From contig NC_045697.1 of assembly GCF_009834535.1 (NCBI RefSeq), positions 119,972,001 through 120,036,000 on the forward strand: a stretch of 64,000 nucleotides of DNA, read 5' to 3'. The DNA comes from Camelus ferus. Its lineage: Eukaryota. Both the position numbers and the translations under genes were made by a program. The notes beneath the pieces were generated by a model. The model did no database searches. It was not told the DNA's origin and was given only the letters and a program-made list of their open reading frames with translations. Shown here piece after piece: positions 38,134-52,200 of the stretch (positions are counted from its first letter, which is position 1; each line of letters opens with the position of its first letter).

Positions 38134-40245
38134 TTCTATTGGAACCCAGGCACTGCAGACCGTTGTAGGAAGATCCACAGACGCAGGATAACAGAATATT
38201 TTTTTTGTGTCTGATTGAGATTCTAACAACTCCACGAAAGTTTCAGGGGGTACAGGTTTTCCTAGGTTGGGGGTGGTCAGATTATTCCCATTAATGCCCA
38301 TGGGGTTTTAATCGCTCCTGCTTGGATTTCCATCCCATCCCCCAGTTTCCTTTGCAACCCAGCCTGAGTAAACAATCAGGAAATGTAGCTAAAGTTTCTA
38401 CCAGTGCCCCGGAGCTGCATTCTGTTGTAGGAACTTCAACACACACAGGATTCCAAAACACGGCTTTGCTTGAAAGGGTTTTGAAGCCCCAATCCACAAA
38501 TATGGCTGGGGGCACAAGTTTTTCCCTGTTAGGGAGAAATCCCCTAATTAGCTCTACAGTCCTTCTCAGGCACCCGCGGCTACTTGGAATTCCAGCCCAA
38601 CCTCCATTTTTCCCTTGCAGCCCGGCCTGGGTTAACACAGAGGGAAAAGAAGCTATTGGTGCTATTTGAACCCATGCCCTGCTGAAAATTGTGGAAACCT
38701 TCGAACACTCAGGATAACAGAACATATCTTTCTGTGTGTGACGGTGTAGGAAAACACACTCCAGGCAAGTTTCGGGGGTACAGCTTTTCCCAGGATGGGA
38801 GATGTCGCCTAGTTACCTCCGCTTCCAATGTTGATGCACTCTATATTTCTTCGCTTTCCAGACCAACTCCCAGCTTTCCTTTGAAGCCCGGCCTAAGGAA
38901 AAACCTAGGGATGGCAATATTAGCGATTCTATCAGAATCCACTCTCTGCTGACTTTTGGAGGTACAACACACATTCAAAATTCCGGAACATGGCTTTGCA
39001 TGGAGGAGGTATGGAGACTAACACCACAATATGCCTGGGTGCACAGTTATTCACTGTTTGGGAGAATTCTTCTACTTACCTCTACAGTCAATCTCTGGGC
39101 AATCATGGCTACTTGGCTTCCCAGCCGAACCCCCAGTTTCCCTCGCAACCCGCACTGGAAAACACTCAGTGATTATAAGCTAGTGGTTCTATTGGAACCC
39201 AGGCACTGCAGACCATTGTAGGAAGATCCGCACACGCAGGATATCAGAACACTTTTTTTGTGTCTGATTGAGTTTCTAAAATATCCACGCATGTTTCACG
39301 GTGTACACGTTTTCCTAGGTTGGGGGTGGTCAGATTATTCCCATTAATGCCCATGGGGATGTAATCGATCCTGCTTGGATTTCCATCCAATCTCCAAGTT
39401 TCCCTTGCAACCCAGTCAGAGAAAACAGTCAGGAAATTTAGCTAAAGTTTCTATTAAAACCCAGGCGCTGCTGAACGTTGTAGAAACTTCTCCATTCACA
39501 GTTTAACAGAACACTTCTTTGTGTGTGTGATTGAGTAGGAAAACAGAGTCCATGCATGTTTCTGGGGTGCAGGTTTAACCAGGCTGTGAGACGTTGGCTA
39601 AGTATCTCCACAGCCCATGGGGAGTCACTCTGTTTTTCTTCGTTTTCCAGCCCTACTCCCAGCTTTCCCTTGCAGCCCGGGTTGGAAAACACCCAGGGAT
39701 GACAAACTAAATGATTCTATCAGAAACCAGGCGCTGCTGTCTGTTGTAGGAACCTCCACACACACAGGATTAACAAACACGTCTTTGCTTGGGGGAATTG
39801 TGAAGCCCCACTCCACACACATGGCTGAGGGCACTAGTTTTTCCCTGTTAGGTAGAAGTCCGCTAATTACCTCTACACACCATTGTGGGGCACTCGCTGC
39901 TACTTGGATTTCCATCCCAACCCACAGGATTCACTTGCAGCCCGGCCTGATGAAACACAGAGGGAAAAGAATATACAGGTGCTATTAGAACACATGCGCT
40001 GCTGACAATTGTGGAAAACTTCGAACACTCATGATAACAGGGCACATCTTTGTGTGTGATGGAGTAGTATAACACACTCCAGGCATTTTTCTGGGGATCC
40101 AGTTTTTCCCAGGTTGGGAGATGTCGGCTAGATTCCTTCACTGCCCATGGGGATGCATTGATTTCTTCTTCGTTTTCAAGCCCAACTCCCAACTTTCCCT
40201 TGCATCCCGGTCTAGGATTATACCCAGGGATGACAGTCTAATTGA

Positions 40246-43200
40246 TTTTATCAGAGCTACGATGCTGCAGTATTTTTTAGGAACTTCCTGAAACTTAGGA
40301 TTTTGCATCACGTCTATGCTTGTGGGTAGCTTTGGAGACCCACACCACAGAGATAGCTGGGGGCACAATATTTTCCCTGTTAGGGAGATGTCCGCTAATT
40401 ACCTACAAAGTGAATCTCGGGTCACTCGCTGCTACATGGATTTCCAGCGCAAGCGCAGCATTCCCTCGCACTCCGGCCTGGGAAAACCATCAGGGATAAT
40501 AAGCCAGTGGTTCTATTGGAACCCAGGTGCTGCCTAACATTGTAGGATACTCCCCACACACAGGAAAATAGAACACTTCTTTGTGTGTCTCAAGAAATTT
40601 CATAAAAATTCTCCACGCGTGTTTCAGGGATTAAGGTGTTGCTAGTTAGTGGGAGTTCGGGTAATACACTCCAATGCCCATGGGGAGGCACTCGCTCCTG
40701 CTTGGCTTTTCAGCCCAAACCCCAGCTTTCCCTCTCAGCCTGTCCTGGGAAAACACTCAGGGATAATATGCTATTGTTTGTATTGGAACCCAGTCGCTAC
40801 CTACAGTTGTAGGCTCCTTCCAAAATCTGGGATAACAGAAGAAAATTTTGTGTGTCTAATGGAGATGGGTAAACAAATTCCACGCATGTTTCAGGGGGCA
40901 CAGGTGTTCCAAGGCTGTGGGACGTTGGAAAATTACCTCAAATTCTCATGGGGAGTATCTCATAACTGCTACGAAATACAGACAAACCCACAGATTTACC
41001 TCGCAGCTAGGCTTGTGAAAACATTCACGGAAAAGGAAATACAGGTGCTATTAGAACCCAGGCGCTGCTGATATTTGTAGAATCCTCCCCACACTCAGTA
41101 TAGCAGAACACAACTTTGTGTGTGTGATGGTGTAGAAAAATACACTCCAGGCATATTTCTGGGGGTACAGCTGTTCCCAGGTTTGGAGATGTCGCCTAAT
41201 TATCTCCACTGCCAATGTGGAGGCAATCTATACTTCTTTGCTTTGCAGAACATTTCCCAAATTTCCCTTGCAGCCCGGCCTATTAAAACACCTAGGGATG
41301 ACAATATTAGTTATTCTCTGATAAACCCATCGCTGCTGCCTGTTGGAGGTACAACACAAACTCAAAATTCTGGAACATGTCTTTGCTTGGTGGAGGTGTG
41401 GAGACCAACACCACAAGATTCCTGGCGGCACATTTCTCTCTCTCTGGGAGAAGTCTTCTAATTACCTCTACAGTCAATCTCTGGGCACTCGTTGCTACTT
41501 GGCTTTCCAGCCGAACCAGAAGCTTTCCCTCGCAGCCCGCCCTGGAAAACACTCAGAAATATTAAGTTAATGGTTCTATTGCAACTCAAGCACTGCAGAC
41601 CGTTGTAGGAACCTCCGCACACGCAGGATAACAGAAAAATTTTTTTGTGTCTCATTGAGATGGTAAAAGCTCCACGCATGTTTCAGGGTGTACTGGTGTT
41701 CCTACGTTGTGGGAGGTCAGATACATCCCACTACAGCCCATGGGGAAGTACTCGCACCTGCTTGGATTTCCAGCCCATCCCTCAATTTCTTTTGCAACCC
41801 AGCCTGAGTAAACAATCCGGAAATATAGCTAAAGTTTCTACCAGTGCCCCGGAGCTGCAGTCTGTTGTAGGAACTTCAACACACACAGGATTCCCAAACA
41901 CGGCTTTGCTTGGAAGTATTTTGAAGCCCCAATCCACAAACAAGACTGGGGGCCCAATTTATTCCCTGTTAGGGAGAAGTCCGCTAATTAGCTCTACAGT
42001 CTTTCTGGGGCACCCGCTGCTACTTGGAATTCCAGCCCAACCTCCATTTTTCCCTTGCAGCCCGGCCTGGGTTAACACAGAGGGAAAAGAAGCTATTGGT
42101 GCTATTTGAACCCATGCCCTGCTGACAATTGTGTAAACCTTCGAACACTCAGGATAACAGAACATATCTTTCTGTGTGTGACGGAGTAGGAAATCACACT
42201 CCAGGCATGTTTCGGGGGCACAGATTTTACCAGGATGGGAGATGTCGCCTAATTACCTCCGCTTCCAAAGGGGAGGCACTCTATACTTGTTCGCTTTCCA
42301 GACCAACTCCCAGCTTTCCTTTGAAGCCCGGCCTAAGGAAACACCTAGGTTTGACAATATTAGCGATTCTATCAGAACCCCCTATCTGCAGACTGTTGGA
42401 GGTACAACACACACTCAAAATTCCGGAACATGGCTTTGCTTTGTGGAGGTATGGAGACCAACACCACAATATGCCTGGGGGCACAGTTCCTCTCTGTCTG
42501 GAAGACCGCTCATTACCTCTACTGTCAATCTTGAGCAATGCTGTCTAATTTCTTTCCAGCCGAACCCCCAGTTTCCCTCGCAGCCCGCCCTGGAACAAAC
42601 TCAGATATTATAAGCTAGTGGTTCTATTGGAACCAAGACACTGCAGACTCTTGTAGGAAGCTCCACACACGCAGGATAACAGAACAATTATTTTGTGTAT
42701 CATTGAGATAGTAAAATCTCCACGCATGTTTCAGGGTTAACAGGATTTCCTATGTTGGGGGATGTCATATTATTCCCATTAACGTCCATGGGGAGGTAAT
42801 CTCTCCTACTTGGATTTCCATCGCATCCCCCAGTTTCCCTTGCAACCCAGTCAGAGGAATCAGTCAGGAAATTTAGCTAAAATTTCTATTAGAACCCAGA
42901 AGCTGCTGACAGTTGTAGAAACCTCCCCATACACAGGGTAACAGAACACTTCTTTGTGTGTGTGATTGAGTAGGAAAACAGAGTCCATGCATGTTTCTGG
43001 GGTGCAGGTTTAACCAGGTTTTGATACGTTGGCTAAGTATCTACACAGCCCATGGTGAGGCACTCTGTTTTTCTTCGTTTTCCTGCCCTACTCCCAGATT
43101 TCCCTTGCAGCCCGGGTTAGGAAAACACCCAGGGATGACAAACAAAGTGATTCTATCAGAACCCCGGCGCTGCTGTCTGTTGGAGGAACCTCCACACACA

Positions 43201-46200
43201 CAGGATTCCCAAACACGCCTTTGCTTGGAAGAATTTTGAAGCCCCAATACACACACATGGCTGGGGCTCAAGTTTTTCCCTGTTAGGGAGAAGTCGGCTA
43301 ATTAGCTCCACTGTCCATCTCGGACACCATCTACTACTTGGAATTCCAGCCTAACCCACATGTTTCCCATGCAGCCCGGCCTGGGGTAACAGAGAGAGTA
43401 AAGAAGATATTGGTGCTATACGAACCCATGCCCTATTGACAATTGTGGAAACCTTCAAACACTCAGTATAACAGAACATATCTTTCTGTGTGTGAGGGAG
43501 TAGGAAAACACAGTCCAGGCATTTTTATGGGGATCCATGATTTCCCAGGTTAGGAGATGTCGGCTAGATTCCTTCAATGCCCATGTTGATGCATTGACTT
43601 CTTCTTCGTTTTCAAGCCCAACTCCCAACTTTCCCTTGCATCCCGGTCTAGGATTATACCCAGGGATGACAGTCTAAGTGATATTTTCAGAGCTACGATT
43701 CTGCTGTATTTTTTAGGAACTTCCAGAAACTTTGGATTCTGGATCACTTCTATGCTTGGGGGTAGCTTTGGAGACCCACACCACAGAGATGGCTTGGGGC
43801 ACAGGTTTTTCCCTGTTAGGGAGATGTCCGCTAATTACCTCCACAGTCCATCAAGGGTCACTCGCTGCAACATGGCTTTCCAGCGCAAGCGCAGCATTCC
43901 CTCGCAGGCCGGCCTGGGAAAACAATCAGGGATAATAATCCAGTGGTTCTATTGGAACCCAGGTGCTGCAGAACATTGTAGGATACTCCCCACACCCAGG
44001 AAAAGAGAACACTTCTTTGTGTGCCTCATGAAGTTTCGTAAAATACCTCCACGCTTGTTTCAGGGGTTAAGGTGTTGCTAGTTAGTGGGAGTTCAGAAAA
44101 TTCCCACCAATGCCCATGGGGAGGCACTCGCTCCTGCTTGGATTTCCAGCCCAACCCACAGCTTTCCCTCTCAGCACGGCCTGGGAAAACACTCAGGGAT
44201 AATATGCTATTGGTTGTATTGGAACCCAGTAGCTACCTACCTTTGTAGGCTCCTTCCCACATCTGGGATAACAGAAGAAAACTTTGTGTGTCTGATGGAG
44301 ATGGGTAAACAAACTCCACGCATATTTCAGGGGGCACAGGTGTTCCAAGGCTGTGGGACGTCGGAAAATTACCTCAAATTCTCATGGGGATTATCTCACT
44401 GCTGCTACGAAATACAGCCAAACCCACAGCTTTACCTCGCAGCTAGGCTTGTGTAAACACTCACGGAAAAGAAAATACTGGTACTATTAGAACCGAGGCG
44501 CTGCTGATATTTGTAGAATCCTCCCCACACTCAGGATAGCAGAACACATCTTTGTGTGTGTGATGGTGTAGAAAAATACACTCCAGGCATATTAATGGTG
44601 GTACAGCTCTTCCCAGGTTTGGAGATGTCGCCTAATTACCTCCACTGCCAATGGGGAGGCACTCTATACTTCTTCGCTTTCCAGACTAATTCCCAGCTTT
44701 CCTTTGAAGCCCGGCCTAAGGAAACACCTTGGGATGACAATATTAGCGATTCTATCAGAACACCATCTCTGCTGACAGTTGGAGGTACAACACACACTCA
44801 AAATTCTGGAACATGTCTTTGCTTGTTGGAGGTATGGAGACCAACACCACAATATGCCTGGGGGCACAGTTTCTCTCTGTCTGGTAGAAGTCCGCTCATT
44901 ACATCTACAATCAATTTCTGGGCAAACCTGGCTAATTGGCTTTCCAGCCGAACCCCCAGTTTCCCTCGTAGCCCGCCCTGGAACACACTAAGAGATTATA
45001 AGCTAGTGGTTCTATTGGAACCCAGGCACTGCAGACCGTTTTAAGAAGCTCCGCACACGCAGGATAACAGAACACTTATTTTGTGTCAGATAGAGATGTT
45101 AAAAATTCCACGCATGTTTCAGCGGGTACAGTTTTACCTAGGTAGGGGGAGGTCAGATTATTCCCATTAATGCCCATGGGGAGGTAATCGCTCCTGGTTG
45201 GATTTCCATACCATCCCCCAGTTTCCCTTGCAACCCAGTCAGAAATATCAGTCAGGAAATATAGCTAAATTTCTATTAGAAGCCAGGCGATAATGACAGT
45301 TGTAGAAACCTCCCCATACACAGGGAAACAGAACACTTCTTTGTGTGTGAGATGGAGTAGAAACAAACAGTACATGCATGTATCAGGGGTGCAGGTTTAA
45401 CCAGTTTGGGAGAAGTTGGGTAAGTATCTCCAGAGCCCATGGGGATGCACTCTGTTTTCTTCGATTTCCAGCCCTACTCCCAGCTTTCCCTTGCAGCCCG
45501 TGTTAGGAAAACACTCAGGGATGACAAACTAAATCATTCTATCAGAACCAGTGCGCTGCTGTATGTGTGGAGGAACCTCCAAACACTCAGTATTCTGGAA
45601 CACGGATTTGCTTGGTGCGAATTGTGAAGCCCCACAGCACACTCAATCCTGGGGCCCAAGATTTTCTCTTTTAGGTCCAAGTCCGCTAATTACCTCCATA
45701 GTCCATCTCTGGGAAATCACTGCTACTTGGATTCCCAGCCCAACCCCCATGTTTCACTTGCAGCCCGGCCTGGGGTAACACAGAGTGAAAAGAAGCTATT
45801 GGTGCTATTCGAACCCATGCCCTGCTGACAAATGTGGAAACCTTCGAACACTCAGGATAACAGAACATATCTTTCTGTGTGTGATGGTGTAGGAAAACAC
45901 ACTCCAGGCATTTTTATGGGGATCCAGGTTTTCCCAGGTTGGGAGATGTCGTCTTGATTCCTTCAGTGTCCATGAGGTGGCACTGTCTTCTTCTTCCTTT
46001 TCAAGTCCAACTCCCAGCTTTCCCTTGCAGCCCGGACAAGTGAAACACCCATGGAAGACAAATAAGTTATTCTATCAGAACCCCGGCGTTGCTGTCTGTT
46101 GGAGGATCCTCCAAAGCTTCAGTATTCTGGAACACGTCTTTTAGTGTGGGGAGTTGTGGAACCCCAATCCACGCAGATGGATGGGGTCACAGATATGTCC

Positions 46201-49200
46201 CTGTTACGGAGAAGTCCGCTAATTACCTAAACAGTGAATCTTGGGGCACTCGCTTCTTCTTAGATTTTCACCCTATCCCCCACTTTTCACTCGCAGCCCT
46301 GCCTTGTAAAACACTCAGTAATAATAAGCTATGTTTCTATTGCAACCCTGTTGCTGCAGACAATTGTAGGTACCTCCCCACAATCACAATAACAGAACAC
46401 AAATTTGAGTGTCTCATTTAGATGGTAAACTAAATTCACGCATGTTTCAGTTTGTATAGGATTTCCTAGGTTGTGGGAGGTCGGATATTTACATCCACTG
46501 TCCATGGGGAGTATCTTGCAGTTGCTTGGATTCCAGCCCAACCCCCAGCATTCCCTCGCATCCCGGCCTGTGAAAACACTCAGGGAAAAACCTACAGTTT
46601 CTATAAGAACTAAGGCGCTCCTGACAGTTGTAGAAACATCCCTACACTTAAGAAAACAGAACAAAGCTTTGTGTGTGTGATGGATTAGGAAAACACTGTA
46701 AGGCATGTCTCTGGGGTTCAGGTGTTCGCAGGTTGTGAAATGTTGGCTAATTACCTCCACTGCCCATGGGGAAGGACTCTCTTCTTCTTCGATATCCAGC
46801 CCTAATCCTAGCATTCCCTTGAAGCCCGACCATGGAAAACACCCAGGGATGACAAACTAAATATTTCTATCAGAACCAGGGTGCTACTGTATGTTGGAGG
46901 AACCTCCAAACACTCAGGATTCCAGAACACGGATTTGCTTGGTACGAATTTTGAAGCCCCAGAGCTCACTAATTGCTGGGGCCCAAGATTTTCCCTTTTA
47001 GGGCTAAGTCCGCTAATTACCTCCATAGTCCATCTCAGGGCTTTCACTGCTACTTGGATTTAAAGCCCAAACCCAAACTTTCCCAGGCAGACCGTCCTGG
47101 GAAGCACACAGGGAAAATATGTTATTGGTTATAACGGAATCCAGTCTCTACCTACCGTTGTAGGAATCTTCCCACAACTAGGATAAAAGAAGAAATATTT
47201 GTGTGTCTGATGGAAATGGGTAAACAAACTCCAAGGATATATCAGGGTGCTTAGTGTTTCCAAGGCTGTGGGACGTCGGAAAATTACCTCAAATTCTCAT
47301 GCGGAGTAACTCGCTGCTGCTACGAATTACAGCCAAGCCCACAGCTTTACCTGGCAGCCAGGCCTGTGAAAAAACTCATGGAAAACAAAATACTGGTGCT
47401 ACTAGAACCCAGGCGCTCCTTAAAGTTGTAGAATACTCCGCACAATCAGGATAGCAGAACAAACATTTTTGTGTGTGTTGGTGTAGGAAAATACACTCCA
47501 GGCATGTTTCTGGTGTTACAGCTCTTCCCAGGTTTGGAGATGAGGCCTAATTACCTCCACTTCCAATGGGGAGGCACTCTATACTTCTTCTCTTTCCAGA
47601 CAAACTCCCTGCTTTCCTTTGAAGCCCGGCATAAGGAAACACCTAGGGATGACAATATTATTGATTCTATGAGAACCCCCGCTCTGCTGCCTTTTGGAAG
47701 TACAAAAAACACTCAAAATTCCGGAACATGGCTTTGCTTGGTGGAGGTATGGAGACAAAAACCACAAGATGCATGGGGGCACAGTTACTCTCTGTTTGGG
47801 AGAATTCCGCTATTTACCTCTACAGTCAATCTCTGGGCAATCCTGGCTACTTGGCTTTCCAGCCGAACCCACAGTTTCCCTCGCAGCCCGCCCTGGAAAA
47901 CACTCAGAAATTATAAGCTAGTGGTTCTATTGGAACCAAGGACCTGCAGAACTTTGTAGGAAGCTCCGCACACGCAGGATAACAGAACATATTTTGTGTG
48001 TCTGATTGAGATTCTAAAATCTCCACGCATGTTTCAAGGGGTACAGGTTTTCCTAGATTGGGGGTGTTCAGATTATTCAGAGTTAATGCCCATGGGGAGT
48101 TAATCGCTCCTGCTTGGATTTCCATCATATCCCCCAGTTTCCCTTGCAACCCAGTCAGAGAAAACAGTCAGGAAATTTAGCTAAAGTTTCTATTGGAACC
48201 CAGGCGATGCTGACAGTTGTAGAAACATCTCCATACAGATTTTAACAGAACACTTCTTTGTGTGTGTGATTGAGTAGGAAAACAGAGTCCATGCATGTCT
48301 CTGGGGTGCAGGTGTAACCAGGCTGTGAGACGTTGGCTAAGTATCTCCACAGCCCAAGTGGTGGCACTCAGTTTTTCTTCGTTTACAGCACTACTCCAAG
48401 CTTTCCATTGCAGCCCGGGTTGGAAAACACCCAGGGATGACAAACTAAATGATTCTATCAGAAATCAGGCGCTACTGTCTGTTGGAGAATCCTCCACACA
48501 CACAGGATTAACAAAAACGTCTTTGCTTGGGAGAATTGTGAAGCCCCACTCCACACACATGGCTGAGGGCACAAGATTTTCCCTGTTAGGTAAAAGTCCG
48601 CTAATTACTTCTACAGACAATCATGGGGCACTCGCTTCTACTTGGATTTCCATCCCAACCCCCAGGATTCCCTTGCAGCCCGGCCTGGGGAAACACACAG
48701 GGAAAAGGATCTACTGGTGCTATTAGAACATATGCGAGGCTGATATTTGTGGAAAACTTCGAACACTCATGATAACAGAGCACATCTTTCTGTGTGTGAA
48801 GGAGTAGTAAAACACACTCCAGGCATATTCCTAGTGATCCAGTTTTTCCCAGGTTGGGAGATGTCGGCTAGATTCCTTCACTGCCCATGTTGATGCTTTG
48901 ATTTCTTCTTCGTTTTCAAGCCCAACTCCCAACTTTTCCTTGCATCCCGGTCTAGGATTATACCCAGGGATGACAGTCTAATTGATTTTATCAGAGCTAT
49001 GATGCTGCTGTATTTTTTAGGAACTACCAGAAACTTAGGATTCTGGATCACTTCTATCCTTGGGGGTAGCTTTGGAGACCCACACCACAGAGATGGCTTG
49101 GGTCACAGGTTTTTCCCTGTTAGGGAGATGTCCACTAATTACCTCCACAGTCCATCAAGGGTCACTCGCTGCAACATGGCTTTCCAGCGCAAGCGCAGCA

Positions 49201-52200
49201 TTCCCTAGCACTCCGGCCTGGGAAAACAATCAGGGATATTAAGCCAGTATTTCTATTGGAACCCAGGTACTGCAGAACATTGTAGGATACTCCCAACACA
49301 CAGGAAAATAGAACACTTCTTTGTGTGTCACAAGAAATTTCGTAAAAATTCTCCACGTGTTTTTCAGGGGTTAAGGTGTTGCTAGTTAGTGGGTGTTCGG
49401 GTAATACCCTCCAATGCCCATGGGGAGGCACTCGCTCCTGCTTGGCTTTCCAGCCCAACCCACAGCTTTCCCTCTCAGCCTGGCCTGGGAAAACACTCAG
49501 GGATAATATGCTATTGTTTGTATTGGAACCCAGTCGCTACCTACCGTTGTAGGCTCCTTCCCACATCTGGGATAACAGAAGAAAATTTTGTGTGTCTGAT
49601 GGAGATGGGTAAACAAATTCCACGCATGTTTCAGGGGGCACAGGTGTTCCAAGGCTGTGGGACGTCGGAAAATTACCTCAAATTCTCATGGGGAGTATCT
49701 CAATGCTGCTACGAAATACAGCCAAACCCACAGCTTTACCTCGCAGCTAGGCGTATGAAAACACTCACGGAAAAGAAAATACTGGTGCTATTAGAACCCA
49801 GGCGCTGCTGATATTTGTAGAATCCTCCCCAAACTCAGGATAGCAGAACACAACTTTGTGTGTGTGATGGTGTAGAAAAATACACTCCAGGCATATTTCT
49901 GTGGGTACAGCTGTTCCCAGGTTTGGAGATGTCGCCTAATTAACTCCACTGCCAATGTGGAGGCAATCAATACTTCTTTGCTTTGCAGAACATTTCCCAA
50001 ATTTCCCTTGCAGCCCGGCCTATTAAAACTCCTAGGGATTACAATATTACTGATTCTATGAGAAACCCATCGCTGCTGCCTGTTGGAGGTACAACACAAA
50101 CTCAAAATTCTGGAACATGGCTTTGCTTGGTGGAGGTGTGGAGAGCAACACCACAAGATTCCTGGGGGCACATTTCTCTCTCTCTGGGAGAAGTCTTCTA
50201 ATTACCTCTACAGTCAATATCTGGGCACTCGTTGCTACTTGGCTTTCCAGCCGAACCGCAAGCTTTCCGTCACAGCCCGCCCTGGAAAACACTCAGTGTT
50301 ATTAAGTTAATGGTTCTATTGCAACTCAAGCACGGCAGACCGTTGTAGGAACCTCCGCACACGCAGAATAACAGAAAAATTTTTTTGTGTCTCATTGAGA
50401 TGGTAAAAGCTCCACGCATGTTTCAGGGTTTACTGGTGTTCCTAGGTTGTGGGAGGTCAGATACATCCCACTACAGCCCATGGGGATGTACTCGCACCTG
50501 CTTGGCTTTAAAGCCCATCCCTCAAATTCCTTTGAAGCCAGCCTGAGTAATCAATCAGGAAATGTAGCTAAAGTTTCTACCAGTGCCCCGGAGCTGCAGT
50601 CTGTTGTAGGAACTTCAACACACACAGGATTCCCAAACACGGCTTTGCTTGGAAGTATTTTGAAGCCCCAATCCACAAACATGGCTGGGGGCACAAGTTA
50701 TTCCTTGTAAGGAAGAAGTCCGCTAATTAGCTCTACAGTCCTTCAGGGGCACCCGCTTCTACTTGGAATTCCAGCCCAACCCCCATTTTTCCCGTGCAGA
50801 CCGGCCTGTTTTAACACAGAGGGAAAAGAAGCTATTGGTGCTATTTAAACCCATGCCCTTCTGACAATTGTGTAAACCTTCGGACACTCAGGATAACAGA
50901 ACATATCTTTCTGTGTGTGACGGAGTAGGAAAACACAATCCAGGCAGGTTTCGGGGGCACAGATTTTACCAGGATGGGAGATGTTGCCTAATTACCTCCG
51001 CTTCCAAAGGGGAGGCACTCTATACTTGTTCGCTTTCCAGACCAACTCCCAGCTTTCCTTTGAAGCCCGGCCTAAGGAAACACCTAGGGTTGACAATATT
51101 AGCGATTCTATCAGAACCCCCTCTCTGCAGACTGTTGGAGGTACAACACACACTCAAAATTCCGGTACATGGCTTTGCTTGGTGGAGGTATGGAGACCAA
51201 CACCACAATATGCCTGGGGGCACAGTTTCTCTCTGTCTGGAAGACCGCTCATTACCTCTACTGTCAATCTTGGGCAATCCTGTCTAATTTCTTTCCAGCC
51301 GAACCCCCAGTTTCCCTCGCAGCCCACCATGGAACAAACTCAGATATTATAAGCTAGTGGTTCTATTGGAACCCAGACACTGCAGACTCTTGTAGGAAGC
51401 TCCACACACGCAGGATAACAGAACAATTATTTTGTGTATGATTGAGATGGTAAAATCTCCACGCATGTTTCAGGGGGTACAGGATTTCCTATGTTGGGGG
51501 ATGTCATATTATTCCCATTAACGTCCATGGGGAGGTAATCTCTCCTACTTGGATTTCCATCGCATCCCCCAGTTTCCCTTGCAACCCAGTCAGAGGAATC
51601 AGTCAGGGAATTTAGCTAAAATTTCTATTAGAACCCAGAAGCTGCTGACAGTTGTAGAAACCTCCCCATACACAGGGTAACAGAACACTTCTTTGTGTGT
51701 GTGATTGAGTAGGAAACAGAGTCCATGCATGTTTCTGGGGTGCAGGTTTAACCAGGTTTTGATACGTTGGCTAAGTATCTACACAGCCCATGGGGAGGCA
51801 CTCTGTTTTTCTTCCTTTTCCTGCCCTACTCCCAGATTTCCCTTGCAGCCCGGGTTAGGAAAACACCCAGGGATGACAAACAAAGTGATTCTATCAGAAC
51901 CCCGGCGCTGCTGTCTGTTGGAGGAACCTCCACACACACATGATTCCCAAACACGCCTTTGCTTGGAAGAATTTTGAAGCCCCAATACACACACATGGCT
52001 GGGGCTCAAGTTTTTCCCTGTTAGGGAGAAGTCGGCTAATTAGCTCCACTGTCCATCTCGGGCACCATCTACTACTTGGAATTCCAGCCTAACCCACATG
52101 TTTCCCATGCAGCCCGGCCTGGGGTAACAGAGAGAGTAAAGAAGATATTGGTGCTATACGAACCCATGCCCTGTTGACAATTGTGGAAACCTTCGAACAC

